Assembly: GCA_963767925.1 (NCBI GenBank)
Contig: CAVYGB010000001.1
Span: forward strand, 224,001 to 288,000
DNA length: 64,000 nt
Direction: 5' to 3'
Source of the DNA: an uncultured delta proteobacterium
GTDB lineage: Bacteria > Myxococcota_A > Polyangia > Fen-1088
Part shown: one piece after another, positions 1 to 8,979 of the stretch
Layout of the letters: every line of letters begins with the position of its first letter
Position numbering within the stretch: position 1 is the first letter of the stretch
Position numbers and translations under genes: made by a program
Notes under the pieces: generated by a model
What the model was told of the DNA's origin: nothing
Databases searched by the model: none
Seen by the model: the letters and a program-made list of their open reading frames with translations, nothing else

Positions 1-203
1 AGGGCGGCCGGGCCCCCCAGGCGCGCAAGGGCGGGCGGGCGAAGGGAACGAAGAGGACGACGAAGACGGCCCGGACCAGCGCCGCCAAGCGCGGCCGCGC
101 CAAGCTGGCCAGCAAGCGCCGCGCCCCGACGGCGAAGGGCGGTCGCAAGACGGCGCGCCAGCGCCTCTTGCTGCTGTCGCACATGGCGCCCATCGTGGCC
201 TGA
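1..203 (+). CDS. 3' end of a gene entering the window; Lys/Arg-rich low-complexity C-terminus
   Basis: Frame 3 is open from the window edge to TGA 201-203 (…KGTKRTTKTARTSAAKRGRAKLASKRR…MAPIVA*). Confidence 0.5.
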   Translation, partial: GGRAPQARKGGRAKGTKRTTKTARTSAAKRGRAKLASKRRAPTAKGGRKTARQRLLLLSHMAPIVA

Positions 204-250
204 GGTCCCGCCCGCCGCCCGCCACCCGGATCTGCTAGCCTCGCGGGCCA

Positions 251-2737
251 ATGACGCGGGCACGGCCAGAGGTGCTGGCGCCGGCGGGCGATCGCGCGGC
301 GCTGGAGGCGGCGGTGTCGGCGGGGGCCGACGCGGTCTACTTCGGGCTGCCCAGCTTCAGCGCCCGGGCCCGGGCGACCAACGTCGCCGAGGGGGAGCTG
401 GCGGCGGCCATGGCCCACCTGCGCCGCCACGGGGTCAAGGGGTACGTCGCCCTCAACACCCTCCTGTTCGACAGCGAGCTCGAGGCGGGCGAGCGCGCGA
501 TCCGCGCCTGCGCCGAGGCCGGCGTCGACGCCCTGATCGTGCAGGACCTCGGCGTCGCCCAGCTCGCCCGGGCGGTGGCGCCGCAGGTGGCCCTGCATGC
601 CTCGACCCAGATGACCTGCACCGACGCGGGCGCGGTCGAGCTGGCCCGCAGCCTGGGGGCCAGCCGGGTCATCCTGGCCCGCGAGCTGAGCCTCGACGAG
701 ATCGCCGCCATCACCCGCGCCACCACCGTCGAGCTCGAGGTCTTCGTGCACGGCGCCCTGTGCATCGCCTACTCCGGCCAGTGCCTCACCAGCGAGGCCA
801 TCGGCGGCCGCAGCGCCAACCGCGGCGCCTGCGCCCAGGCCTGCCGCCTGCCGTACGAGCTGGTGGTCGACGGGGTGGTGCGCGAGCTGGGCGATCGGGC
901 CTACCTCCTGTCGCCCGAGGACCTCGAGGCGGCCACCCTGGTCCCGCGCCTGATCGACCTGGGGGTGCGGTCGCTCAAGATCGAGGGGCGCCTCAAGAGC
1001 CCGGAGTATGTGGCCGCCACCACCCGGCTGTACCGGGCCGCCGTCGACGCGGCCGCCGGCGGTCGCGCGGTGGCCCCGCGGCTGCGCCAGCAGGCCCTGC
1101 AGACCTACAGCCGCGGCTCGGGGCCGGGCTTCTTCGCCGGGATCGATCACCAGCGGCTGGTCGACGGGACGACCTGCGAGCACCGCGGCCTGCGGGTGGG
1201 CACCTGCGCGGGCGTGCGGCGCTGGCGAGGTGAGCCCCAGATCGTGGTCCACCTGTCCGAGGCGATCGCCCGGGGCGATGGCCTGGTGGTGGCCGGGGGC
1301 CGCGAGGGCGCCGGCGAGGTGGGCGGGCGCGTCTGGCGCATCGTCGCGCGCGGGCGGGAGGTGGAGCGCGCGGCGGCCGGCGCCGAGGTGGGCCTCTGGC
1401 TGGGCCCCTCGGTGGCGCTCGCGGACGCCGGCGCCGGCCGGGCCGTGTTCCGCACCTCGGACCCCGCCGCCGAGCGCGCGGTGCGCGCCGCCCCGCCGGC
1501 CACGGTGGCGCTCGACCTGCGCCTGTCGGGCGAGGCGGGCGGACCGCTCACCCTGAAGGCCCGCAGCGCCCGCGGCCAGCAGGCCGAGGTGGCGGGCGAC
1601 GTCACCTCTGGCCGCTCGGCGGGCGCCCCCTCGACGCCGAGCTGGCCCGGGCCCAGCTCGGCCGCCTGGGCGACACGCCGTTCGTCCTGCGCGATCTGCA
1701 GATCGCGCTGCCCGCCGGGGTGGGGCTACCCACCTCGGCGCTGAACCGGGCCCGCCGCACCCTGGTGGCCGCGCTGGCTGCCCACGAGCCGGCCGTCCTC
1801 CCCGTGGCGCCGGTGTTGCCCGGGCTGCTCGCCGCCGCTGGCCCGCCCGACCGCGCCCCGCCGCCGCCCGGCCTGTTCGTGCTCTGCCGCAACCTGCGCC
1901 CAGGCCCGCGCCGCGGTGGCCGCCGGCGCCGACGGCGTCTACCTCGACATCCTCGAGCTCACCGGCACCGGCGCCGCCCTCCGCGCCCTGCGCGCCGAGG
2001 GGGCCCCGTCGGTGGGCGTGGCCCCGCCCCGCATCCGCAAGCCCGGCGAGGAGAAGATCGACCGCTTCCTGCGCGGCCTGCAGCCCGCCAGCCTGCTGGT
2101 GCGCGGCCTCGGCGCCCTGCACGAGCTGGCCGGCGCCCGCGCCGGGGCGCCGCCCTTCCTGGCGGTGGGCGACTTCTCGCTCAACGTGACCAACCAGCTC
2201 GGCGCCGCCTTCGTGCTGGCCCGCGGCCTCGACGCCTTCACCCCGTCGTTCGACCTCGACGCCGCCCAGCTCCGCCGCCTGTGCGCCGGCCGCCTGGCCC
2301 CCTTCGCCGAGGTGGTCATCCACAACCCCATGCCGCTCTTCCACATGGAGCACTGTCTGTTCGCCGCCCTGCTCTCCGAAGGCCACGACCACCGCGACTG
2401 CGGCCGCCCCTGCGAGCGGCACGCCCTCACCGTGCGCGACCGGGCCGGCCTCGAGCACCCGGTGGAGGCCGACGTCGGCTGCCGCAACACCGTCTTTCAC
2501 GGCAAGTCCCAGAGCGCCGCCGAGCTGGTCCCCGCCCTGCGCAGCGCCGGCGTCCGCCGCTTCCGCATCGAGCTGGTGCGCGAATCCCCCGCCCAGGTCA
2601 GCGCGCTGGTCGGCAGCTACCGGGCCCTCACCGAGGGGACCGCCACCGCCCGCGCCGTCTGGCAGCAGCTCTCCAGCAGCGACTGCACCACCGGCTACGG
2701 CGTCGTGCGCGGCTCCCTCCGCGTCCTGCCCTCCTGA
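251..2737 (+). pseudogene. Peptidase U32 family protein with DUF3656-type C-terminal region (long, RlhA-like type), split by two frameshifts
   Basis: Motifs PEVLAPAG, ELEVFVHGALCIAYSGQC, NRGACAQACR and SLKIEGRLK are in frame 2. QLGRLGDTPF…SALNRARR is in frame 1 (~1625-1896). The C-terminal half resumes in frame 2 (…MPLFHMEHCLF…CGRPCE…DVGCRNTVF). Confidence 0.8.
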
Positions 2738-2754
2738 CGCCGGGTCGCCCCGGG

Positions 2755-3096
2755 TCAGTGCGGGGGGTTGCGGCGTTCGGGGCCGTGGTGGTCCTGGCTG
2801 CGCTTCTTCGTCGAGGTAGCGAAGAGGGAGGCGCGCACCAGGGTGACGACGCGGCCGACGGTGGCCCGGGCCCAGCGGGTGGCCTGGACGGCGTCGGTGG
2901 GGCGGGGCCGGCGGGCGCCGACGACGCAGATGGCGAGGACCCCGGCGGCGAGGCCGAGGTGGATGAGCAGCGCCAGCGGCGGGACGAAGGCGGCGACGAG
3001 GAGGAGGGCGAAGGTCCCGGCTGCGGCCCAGGCCCCCGGTCGCAGCCCGAGCCAGTAGGCGGTCAACCCTCCGACGATCAGGGCAGCGAGCAGCAT
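2755..3096 (-). CDS. Small hypothetical membrane protein
   Basis: ATG 3096; two to three hydrophobic segments followed by a basic tail. Confidence 0.6.
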   Translation of the reverse strand: MLLAALIVGGLTAYWLGLRPGAWAAAGTFALLLVAAFVPPLALLIHLGLAAGVLAICVVGARRPRPTDAVQATRWARATVGRVVTLVRASLFATSTKKRSQDHHGPERRNPPH

Positions 3097-3232
3097 CCCC
3101 CAAGTCTCCCCCACTGCGGGGCGTTGGCAAGCCCCCTCTGTCGGTCCTGGCCGGGCCCGAGGCTGGCGAGGGAAACCCCTGGTCGGGCCCGAGCGTGGCG
3201 AGGGAACCCGGTATTTTTTCGGGGACAGTCTC

Positions 3233-4165
3233 TCAGCGGGCGGTGGCGGTGGCGGCGGCGGGGGGCGGGGCGGCCGGCGGCGGGTCGGGGGTGGACAGCA
3301 GGGGCCGGTTCAGGCCGGACTTGATGACCCGGGTCCGCAGCAGGTGGGAGACCAGGTCGATCAGGGCGACGACCGCGGTGATGAGGAGGATGATGAACCC
3401 CACCTCCTCCCAGCGGTGGGCCCGGATCCGGTCGGACAGGGCGAAGCCGATGCCGCCCGCGCCGATGATGCCCAGGATGGTCGCCGACCGCGTGTTCGAC
3501 TCGAACATGTAGAGCACGTTCGACAGCATGATCGGCAGCACCTGGGGGAGGATCCCGAAGCGCATGGTCTTGACCGCGCTGCCGCCGGTGGCGCGCACCC
3601 CCTCCACCTGTTTGCGGTCGACGTTCTCGATGGCCTCGGCGAACAGCTTGGCGAAGATGCCGATGTCGGTGGTGGCGATGGCGAGGACGCCGGCCAGGGG
3701 GCCCAGGCCCACCGCGCGCACGTAGACCAGGGCCCACACCAGCGCGTCGACCCCCCGCAGGAAGTCGAACGAGCGCCGGATGGGGAAGCGCAGGAGCCGG
3801 CTGGCCAGCACGTTGCGCGCGCCCAGGAACCCCAGGGGGAAGGCGATGACCGCCGCCAGCAGCGTGCCCAGGAAGGCCATCCCGAGGCTCTCCAGCATGG
3901 CCCGCAGCAGATCGGCGAGGGCCTCGCCGGCGGTGGGCGGGACCAGGCCGCTGGCGATCTGCCCGGCGCGGCCCAGCCCCTTGACGACGCGCGACCAGGA
4001 GACGTCGAAGCGCACGAGCGAGAACACCACGAACGCGACAACCCCGATCGCCAGGCCGATCCGCAGCGCCCGCTCGCCGGGCGGGCGGGCGAAGGCCCGG
4101 GGATAACGCCCGCGGAGGGCGGCGAGCTGAGCGCCGTCGATCGCGCCGCCGGATGGCAGGCTCAT
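3233..4165 (-). CDS. phnE: Phosphonate ABC transporter permease
   Basis: EAIENVD…GVRATGG EAA loop; FESNTRSATILGIIGAGGIG motif; ATG 4165 overlaps the upstream stop (ATGA). Confidence 0.9.
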   Translation of the reverse strand: MSLPSGGAIDGAQLAALRGRYPRAFARPPGERALRIGLAIGVVAFVVFSLVRFDVSWSRVVKGLGRAGQIASGLVPPTAGEALADLLRAMLESLGMAFLGTLLAAVIAFPLGFLGARNVLASRLLRFPIRRSFDFLRGVDALVWALVYVRAVGLGPLAGVLAIATTDIGIFAKLFAEAIENVDRKQVEGVRATGGSAVKTMRFGILPQVLPIMLSNVLYMFESNTRSATILGIIGAGGIGFALSDRIRAHRWEEVGFIILLITAVVALIDLVSHLLRTRVIKSGLNRPLLSTPDPPPAAPPPAAATATAR

Positions 4166-5031
4166 CGCAGGGCCTCCCGGCCGATCAGGCGGTGGCGGAT
4201 CCGCTCGCAGGCGAGATCGATGATGGTGAGGGTCGCGATCACCATCAACACGATGGCGCTGATGTCCTCGTAGTAGTTCAGCCCGATGGCCTGGTACAGC
4301 TCCTGGCCGATGCCGCCCGCGCCGACGAAGCCGATGATGGCCGCCGAGCGGATGTTCAGCTCCAGCCGCCACAACGTGTAGGAGATGAAGTTGGGCAGCA
4401 CCTGGGGCAGGGCCGCGAAGCGCACCACCTCGAACCAGTTGCCCCCCGCGGCGCGCAGGCCTTCGAGCGGGCGCTCGTCGAGGTTCTCGTTCACCTCGGC
4501 GAACAGCTTGCCGAGCGCCCCGGTGGTGTGGGCGGTCAGCGCCAGGAACCCGGCGAAGGGCCCGATCCCGAAGGCCACCACGAAGATGAGGGCGTACACC
4601 ACCTCGGGCACGCAGCGGGCGAGCTCGGCCAGGCGGCGGAACAGAAAGTACACCCAGGCCCGGCCCGCCAGGTTGCGCGCGGCCGGGAAGCCCAGCACCA
4701 GGCCCCCCAGCGCGCCGAACAGGGTGGCCATCAGGGCGATGAGGATGGTGTCGCCCAGCAGGCCCAGCCAGCGAAACAGCCCGTAATACCAGACGCCCAG
4801 ATCCTTGCCGAAGGTGCCGAGCCCGAGGGCGGGCAGGGTCATCCCCAGGTATTCGCCGATGCGGGGCAGCCCGGCGGCCAGCCGCTCGCCGGAGAAGCCG
4901 GTCAGCCGGGTGGTCAGCTGCAGCAGGAGCAGCAGCACCGCCCCCAGCCCGAGGAACTGCAGCCGCTGCCGCCGGCGCTGGCGCGCGAACGCCTCCTCGA
5001 AGTGCTGCAGGCGGGCGCTGGCGGGCGACAT
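4162..5031 (-). CDS. phnE: Phosphonate ABC transporter permease
   Basis: GKLFAEVNEN; ELNIRSAAIIGFVGAGGIG. Confidence 0.9.
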   Translation of the reverse strand: MSPASARLQHFEEAFARQRRRQRLQFLGLGAVLLLLLQLTTRLTGFSGERLAAGLPRIGEYLGMTLPALGLGTFGKDLGVWYYGLFRWLGLLGDTILIALMATLFGALGGLVLGFPAARNLAGRAWVYFLFRRLAELARCVPEVVYALIFVVAFGIGPFAGFLALTAHTTGALGKLFAEVNENLDERPLEGLRAAGGNWFEVVRFAALPQVLPNFISYTLWRLELNIRSAAIIGFVGAGGIGQELYQAIGLNYYEDISAIVLMVIATLTIIDLACERIRHRLIGREALR

Positions 5032-5043
5032 GGTTGGCGGGCG

Positions 5044-6006
5044 CTACTTCCGGCTGCGCCGCTCGCTGGCGAGCTGCTTGCGCAGGTCGACGGCGATCTG
5101 GTAGGCCTCGTGCTTGATCTCCTTGTAGCCCTGCGAATCGCCGCGGGCGACCTCGCGGAACACCTTGGGGTCGTCCTTGTGCAGGCCGAGGAACATCGCC
5201 TTGAGGTCGGCCTTCATGTCGGCGGGCAGGTCGGCGCGGATGGCGACGACCGGGTTGGGGATCAGGTCGGAGGTCCAGATGATGCGGATGTCCTCCTTCT
5301 TGAGGACGTTGCGCGACAGCATCATGTGCAGGCCGCCCCGGCTGTGCTTTTTGACGTCGTCGGTCCAGGTGACCGCGCCGTCGTAGGACTTGTCGAGCAC
5401 GCCGATGATGCTCTGCTCGTGCCCGCCCGAGAAGACCACCTTGCCGAAGTGCTTGTCCGGCTCGAGCCCCAGCTTACGCAGGCCGACCAGGGGGAAGAGG
5501 TAGCCGGAGGAGGAGTTCGGCTCGGCCCAGGCCCAGGTCTTGCCCTTGAGGTCGGCGAGGGTCTTGTAGGGGCTGTCGCTGCGCACGAAGGCGACGGCGT
5601 AGTAGCCGACGGTGCCGTCGTTGTTGGTGGGGACGACGAGCGGCTCGACCCCGCCCTTGCTCTCCACCCAGGCGGAGGCGTAGCCCGAGGCGCCCATGTC
5701 CATCACCTCGATCTGCTTGGCGCCGATGGCCTGGATGACGCCGGCGTATTCGGAGGCGAGGAACAGCTCCAGCTCGACGCCGAGCTTCTTCTTCACGTAG
5801 TCGCCGAAGCCCTTGTAGCGGGTCAGCGAGGCGGCCTGGGTCTCCACGCTCTGCACGCCGTAGCGCAGCTTGGGGTACTTCTTGCGCCAGCCCTCGGCGG
5901 TCTGGGCGGCGGCGCTGTTGCTCGCCAGCAGGGCGAGGGCGAGGGCGGCGAAGGTGGTCAGGCGCAGGGGCCGGCTCGTTGGCTTCGAAGAGGATGTTGT
6001 CGTCAT
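5044..6006 (-). CDS. phnD: Phosphonate ABC transporter substrate-binding protein
   Basis: Signal peptide; GYYAVAFV…DLKGKT…[10 protein letters not shown] and FSGGHEQS motifs; start ATG 6006 (the ORF track over-extends it). Confidence 0.88.
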   Translation of the reverse strand: MTTTSSSKPTSRPLRLTTFAALALALLASNSAAAQTAEGWRKKYPKLRYGVQSVETQAASLTRYKGFGDYVKKKLGVELELFLASEYAGVIQAIGAKQIEVMDMGASGYASAWVESKGGVEPLVVPTNNDGTVGYYAVAFVRSDSPYKTLADLKGKTWAWAEPNSSSGYLFPLVGLRKLGLEPDKHFGKVVFSGGHEQSIIGVLDKSYDGAVTWTDDVKKHSRGGLHMMLSRNVLKKEDIRIIWTSDLIPNPVVAIRADLPADMKADLKAMFLGLHKDDPKVFREVARGDSQGYKEIKHEAYQIAVDLRKQLASERRSRK

Positions 6007-6878
6007 GTCTGCTCCGCTGTTCCGAGGATGCCGAGGCCGGGCGTCCCGCTGCCGGGGAGGGCCGTCGACGTCACGTTTTCGTCGATCTCGCGCGCGCCCT
6101 CCAGTCCGTAGATCTCCCGGATGCTGCCCGCGTCGAGCGCGTGGGGCGGCCCGTCGAAGGCGACCTTCCCCATGCGCATCCCGATGATCCGGTCGCAATA
6201 TGACCTTGCCGTGTCGAGTGTGTGAAGGTTGCACAGGACGGTGATCCCGTCGTCGCGGTTGATGGCCCGCAGGATCTCCATCACCCGGGTGGCGCTGGGC
6301 GGATCGAGCGAGGCGATCGGCTCGTCGGCCAGCAGGATGGACGGCTGCTGGACCAGCGCCCGGGCGATGGCCACCCGCTGCTGCTGCCCGCCCGAGAGCG
6401 TGTCGCTGCGCTTGAACACGAAGCCTGCCATCTCGACCCGCTCGAGCGTGGCCAGGGCGAGGGCGCGCTCCTCCGCCGTCCAGAGCTGCAGGAGCGAGCG
6501 CAGCGTCGGCTGGTAGCTGAGGCGCCCCATGAGGACGTTGGTCAGCACATCGAGGCGCGGCACCAGGTTGAACTGCTGGAACACCATCGCGCAGCGCCGC
6601 CGCCACAGCCGCAGCTCCCGCCCCCGCAGGGCCCCGACGTCGACCGCGGGCCCCGGCGCCGCCGCCGTTGTTGCCGTGGTTCCCCGCGCCTCCGCCTGGT
6701 AGAGCATCCGCCCGCCGGTGGGATCGATGAGCCGGTTGATCATGCGCAGCAGGGTCGACTTGCCCGCGCCCGACCGCCCGATGATCCCGACCATCTGCCC
6801 CCGGGGCACCTGGAACGACACGCCGTCGACCGCGACGAGCGATCCGAACGCCTTCGTGAGGCCCTCGAAGGTCAACAT
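6003..6878 (-). CDS. phnC: Phosphonate ABC transporter ATP-binding protein
   Basis: [40 protein letters not shown]; start ATG 6878. Confidence 0.9.
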   Translation of the reverse strand: MLTFEGLTKAFGSLVAVDGVSFQVPRGQMVGIIGRSGAGKSTLLRMINRLIDPTGGRMLYQAEARGTTATTAAAPGPAVDVGALRGRELRLWRRRCAMVFQQFNLVPRLDVLTNVLMGRLSYQPTLRSLLQLWTAEERALALATLERVEMAGFVFKRSDTLSGGQQQRVAIARALVQQPSILLADEPIASLDPPSATRVMEILRAINRDDGITVLCNLHTLDTARSYCDRIIGMRMGKVAFDGPPHALDAGSIREIYGLEGAREIDENVTSTALPGSGTPGLGILGTAEQT

Positions 6879-6994
6879 CGAGCCGCAGATTACGCCGACC
6901 CACCCCCGATCGCCCAAAGCGAAAGCACCCCCTGACGCAGGGGGCCCAGCGGCAGGCGCGAGCGTCGGAGGCCCGACCCGGGGAGCCACCGGGG

Positions 6995-7190
6995 ACCAGG
7001 CGCTCACCCAGGTTTCGCCGGGGTTGCCCATCGGGCCCGCGGGGCCCTGCAGCCCGGTCGAGGCGCCCACCCAGCGGCCCATGCTGTCGATCCACCGTCT
7101 GGCCGCCGACCCGCACGCTGCGCAGTGATGTCTCCGGTCGCGTTTTCGGCGATCGCGTAGGGGACCGAGGTGAGGCGCGAGCGGTGCACT
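6995..7190 (-). pseudogene. Remnant of a collagen-like surface protein gene
   Basis: Reads [20 protein letters not shown] / VGGQTV / [24 protein letters not shown] across three frames. Confidence 0.45.
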
Positions 7191-7245
7191 AGCCCCCTCC
7201 GCCCCGGGAACCCGCGGTCAAGTCCTCGTGCGAGGATGCTCGCCC

Positions 7246-8772
7246 ATGAGCGCCGCTGCCCCCGTCCTCGCCACGATGCTCTCCTTCCTGTGCCTGCCCG
7301 GCTGCGGCGGCGGCGCCGACGACCCGGGCGCCGTGGATCCGGAACGCGAGGCCGGGGGCCTGCGCCTCGAGCTGCCGGCGGAGCCGCCGGTCGGCGCGCC
7401 CTTTCCCATCGTGGTGCGCACCACCGACGGGCGGCCGCTGTCGGGCACCGGCGCGGTGACGGTCGGCGACGGACCGCCCCTGCCGATCACCCTGTACCGC
7501 GGCCGGGGTAGCGTGAGCGCCACTCTCGCGGGCGCGGGGGACGTCGCCGTGCGGGCGGAGGTGGCGGGCGCGGGCGGCGCGCGCACCGTCCGGGCGACGT
7601 CGCGGCCGCAGCGGCGGCTGACCGGGATCCTGCAGGGGGCCGATCTGCGCTGGGATCCCGGGGCCGACGTGGTCCTCGACGGGCTGGCCCAGGTCCCCGG
7701 CGGGGAGAAGCTGACCATCGCGGCGGGGACCCGCGTGCTGGGCGCCGCCCGGGCCAACCTCGACGTGGCCGGCGAGATCGACGCCGCCGGCACGGCCGAG
7801 GCGCCCATCCTGTTCACGCGCGAGGGCCCCGGGCCCTGGGGGCAGATCAAGCTGCTCGAGGGCGCCCGCGGCCGGCTGATCCACGTCCTCGTCACCCAGG
7901 CGGGCGGCGACGAGGCCCGCCTGTTCAAGCCCGACCACAGCATGTCCCAGGCGGTGGTCCTGGCCGACGCCGCCGCCGAGCTGGTGGTGGAGGGCGGCGG
8001 CGCCATCGACAACCCGGGCAAGTGTTACAGCTCGCGCGCCTCCCGGGTCACCCTGCGCGACGTCCTGGTCAGCCGCTGCGATCAGGGCGGCGAGCACGAC
8101 GCCACCGAGCTGCTGATCGAAGGCAGCCACTACCTCGAGATCCCCGACGCCGACGGCCGCTTCGAGGACGACGACAACGACGGCCTCCACCTGGGCCTCG
8201 ACCCGGCGCGAACGCCGCCGATGATGATCATCCGCGACAGCGTGTTCGCCGTCTGCGAGGACGACGGCATCGACCACGCCGGCCCGCCGCTGCTGATCCA
8301 GCGGGTCTGGGTGCAGGACATGCACCACGAGGGCATCGCCACCTCCTCCGGCAACACCGTCGTGATCGAGGACAGCGTCGTGCTCCGCACCGAAAACGGC
8401 ATCGAGGCGGGCTGGGGTGCGCCGGACACGACCGTGCGCAACACCCTCCTGCTCGACAACACGGTGGCCCTCCGCTTCGGCGACGAATACCGCCCGCCGA
8501 TGATCAGCCGGGGCAAGCTGACCGCCAGCTACGTCGCCGCCTTCGGCAGCCGCCAGGCCAACGTGCTCAACTGGTACACCGGCGGCGGGTACGCCGTCCC
8601 CGGCGCCATCGCCGTCTCCTGCTCGAGGGTCGACACGCCCGAGTGGGACGTCCAGGGCGGCAACCACCCCGGCGCCCTGGCGATCGACCTCGAGACCGGC
8701 TGCCTGCCCGCCGACGCGCGCACGCTGCCCGGCTGCCCGGAGGGCCCCCTCGGCCCCCGGACCTGTCGATAG
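7246..8772 (+). CDS. Putative lipoprotein with right-handed beta-helix (pectin-lyase-like) repeats
   Basis: N-terminal hydrophobic stretch plus Cys; GTAEAPILFT…WGQI and DDGID / HEGIA / ENGIE beta-helix-type repeats. Confidence 0.7.
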   Translation: MSAAAPVLATMLSFLCLPGCGGGADDPGAVDPEREAGGLRLELPAEPPVGAPFPIVVRTTDGRPLSGTGAVTVGDGPPLPITLYRGRGSVSATLAGAGDVAVRAEVAGAGGARTVRATSRPQRRLTGILQGADLRWDPGADVVLDGLAQVPGGEKLTIAAGTRVLGAARANLDVAGEIDAAGTAEAPILFTREGPGPWGQIKLLEGARGRLIHVLVTQAGGDEARLFKPDHSMSQAVVLADAAAELVVEGGGAIDNPGKCYSSRASRVTLRDVLVSRCDQGGEHDATELLIEGSHYLEIPDADGRFEDDDNDGLHLGLDPARTPPMMIIRDSVFAVCEDDGIDHAGPPLLIQRVWVQDMHHEGIATSSGNTVVIEDSVVLRTENGIEAGWGAPDTTVRNTLLLDNTVALRFGDEYRPPMISRGKLTASYVAAFGSRQANVLNWYTGGGYAVPGAIAVSCSRVDTPEWDVQGGNHPGALAIDLETGCLPADARTLPGCPEGPLGPRTCR

Positions 8773-8789
8773 TCGCTCAGAACGGTTGC

Positions 8790-8972
8790 CCGGAGGCCCC
8801 TCACCCCACCGTGTCCCCGCTCCGCGGGGCGAGGGTGAACCGGCGACGGAAAGTCGAAGATCTCGGAGGAAGTCACCATGGTACGCGCTCGGGAGAGGAT
8901 TCGAGGCACCTCCGCAAATCGCTCGCCCTCGCCCCGCGGCAGCGGGGAGAGGGAGGGGTGAGGGGTCTCCGG
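8790..8972. repeat. Composite REP/MITE-like palindromic element, full copy 1
   Basis: Inverted arms CCGGAGGCCCCTCACCCC…CCCCGCTCCGCGGGGCGAGGG and CCCTCGCCCCGCGGCAGCGGGGAGAGGG…GGGGTGAGGGGTCTCCGG; lies between convergent genes. Confidence 0.8.
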
Positions 8973-8979
8973 TGGATGG

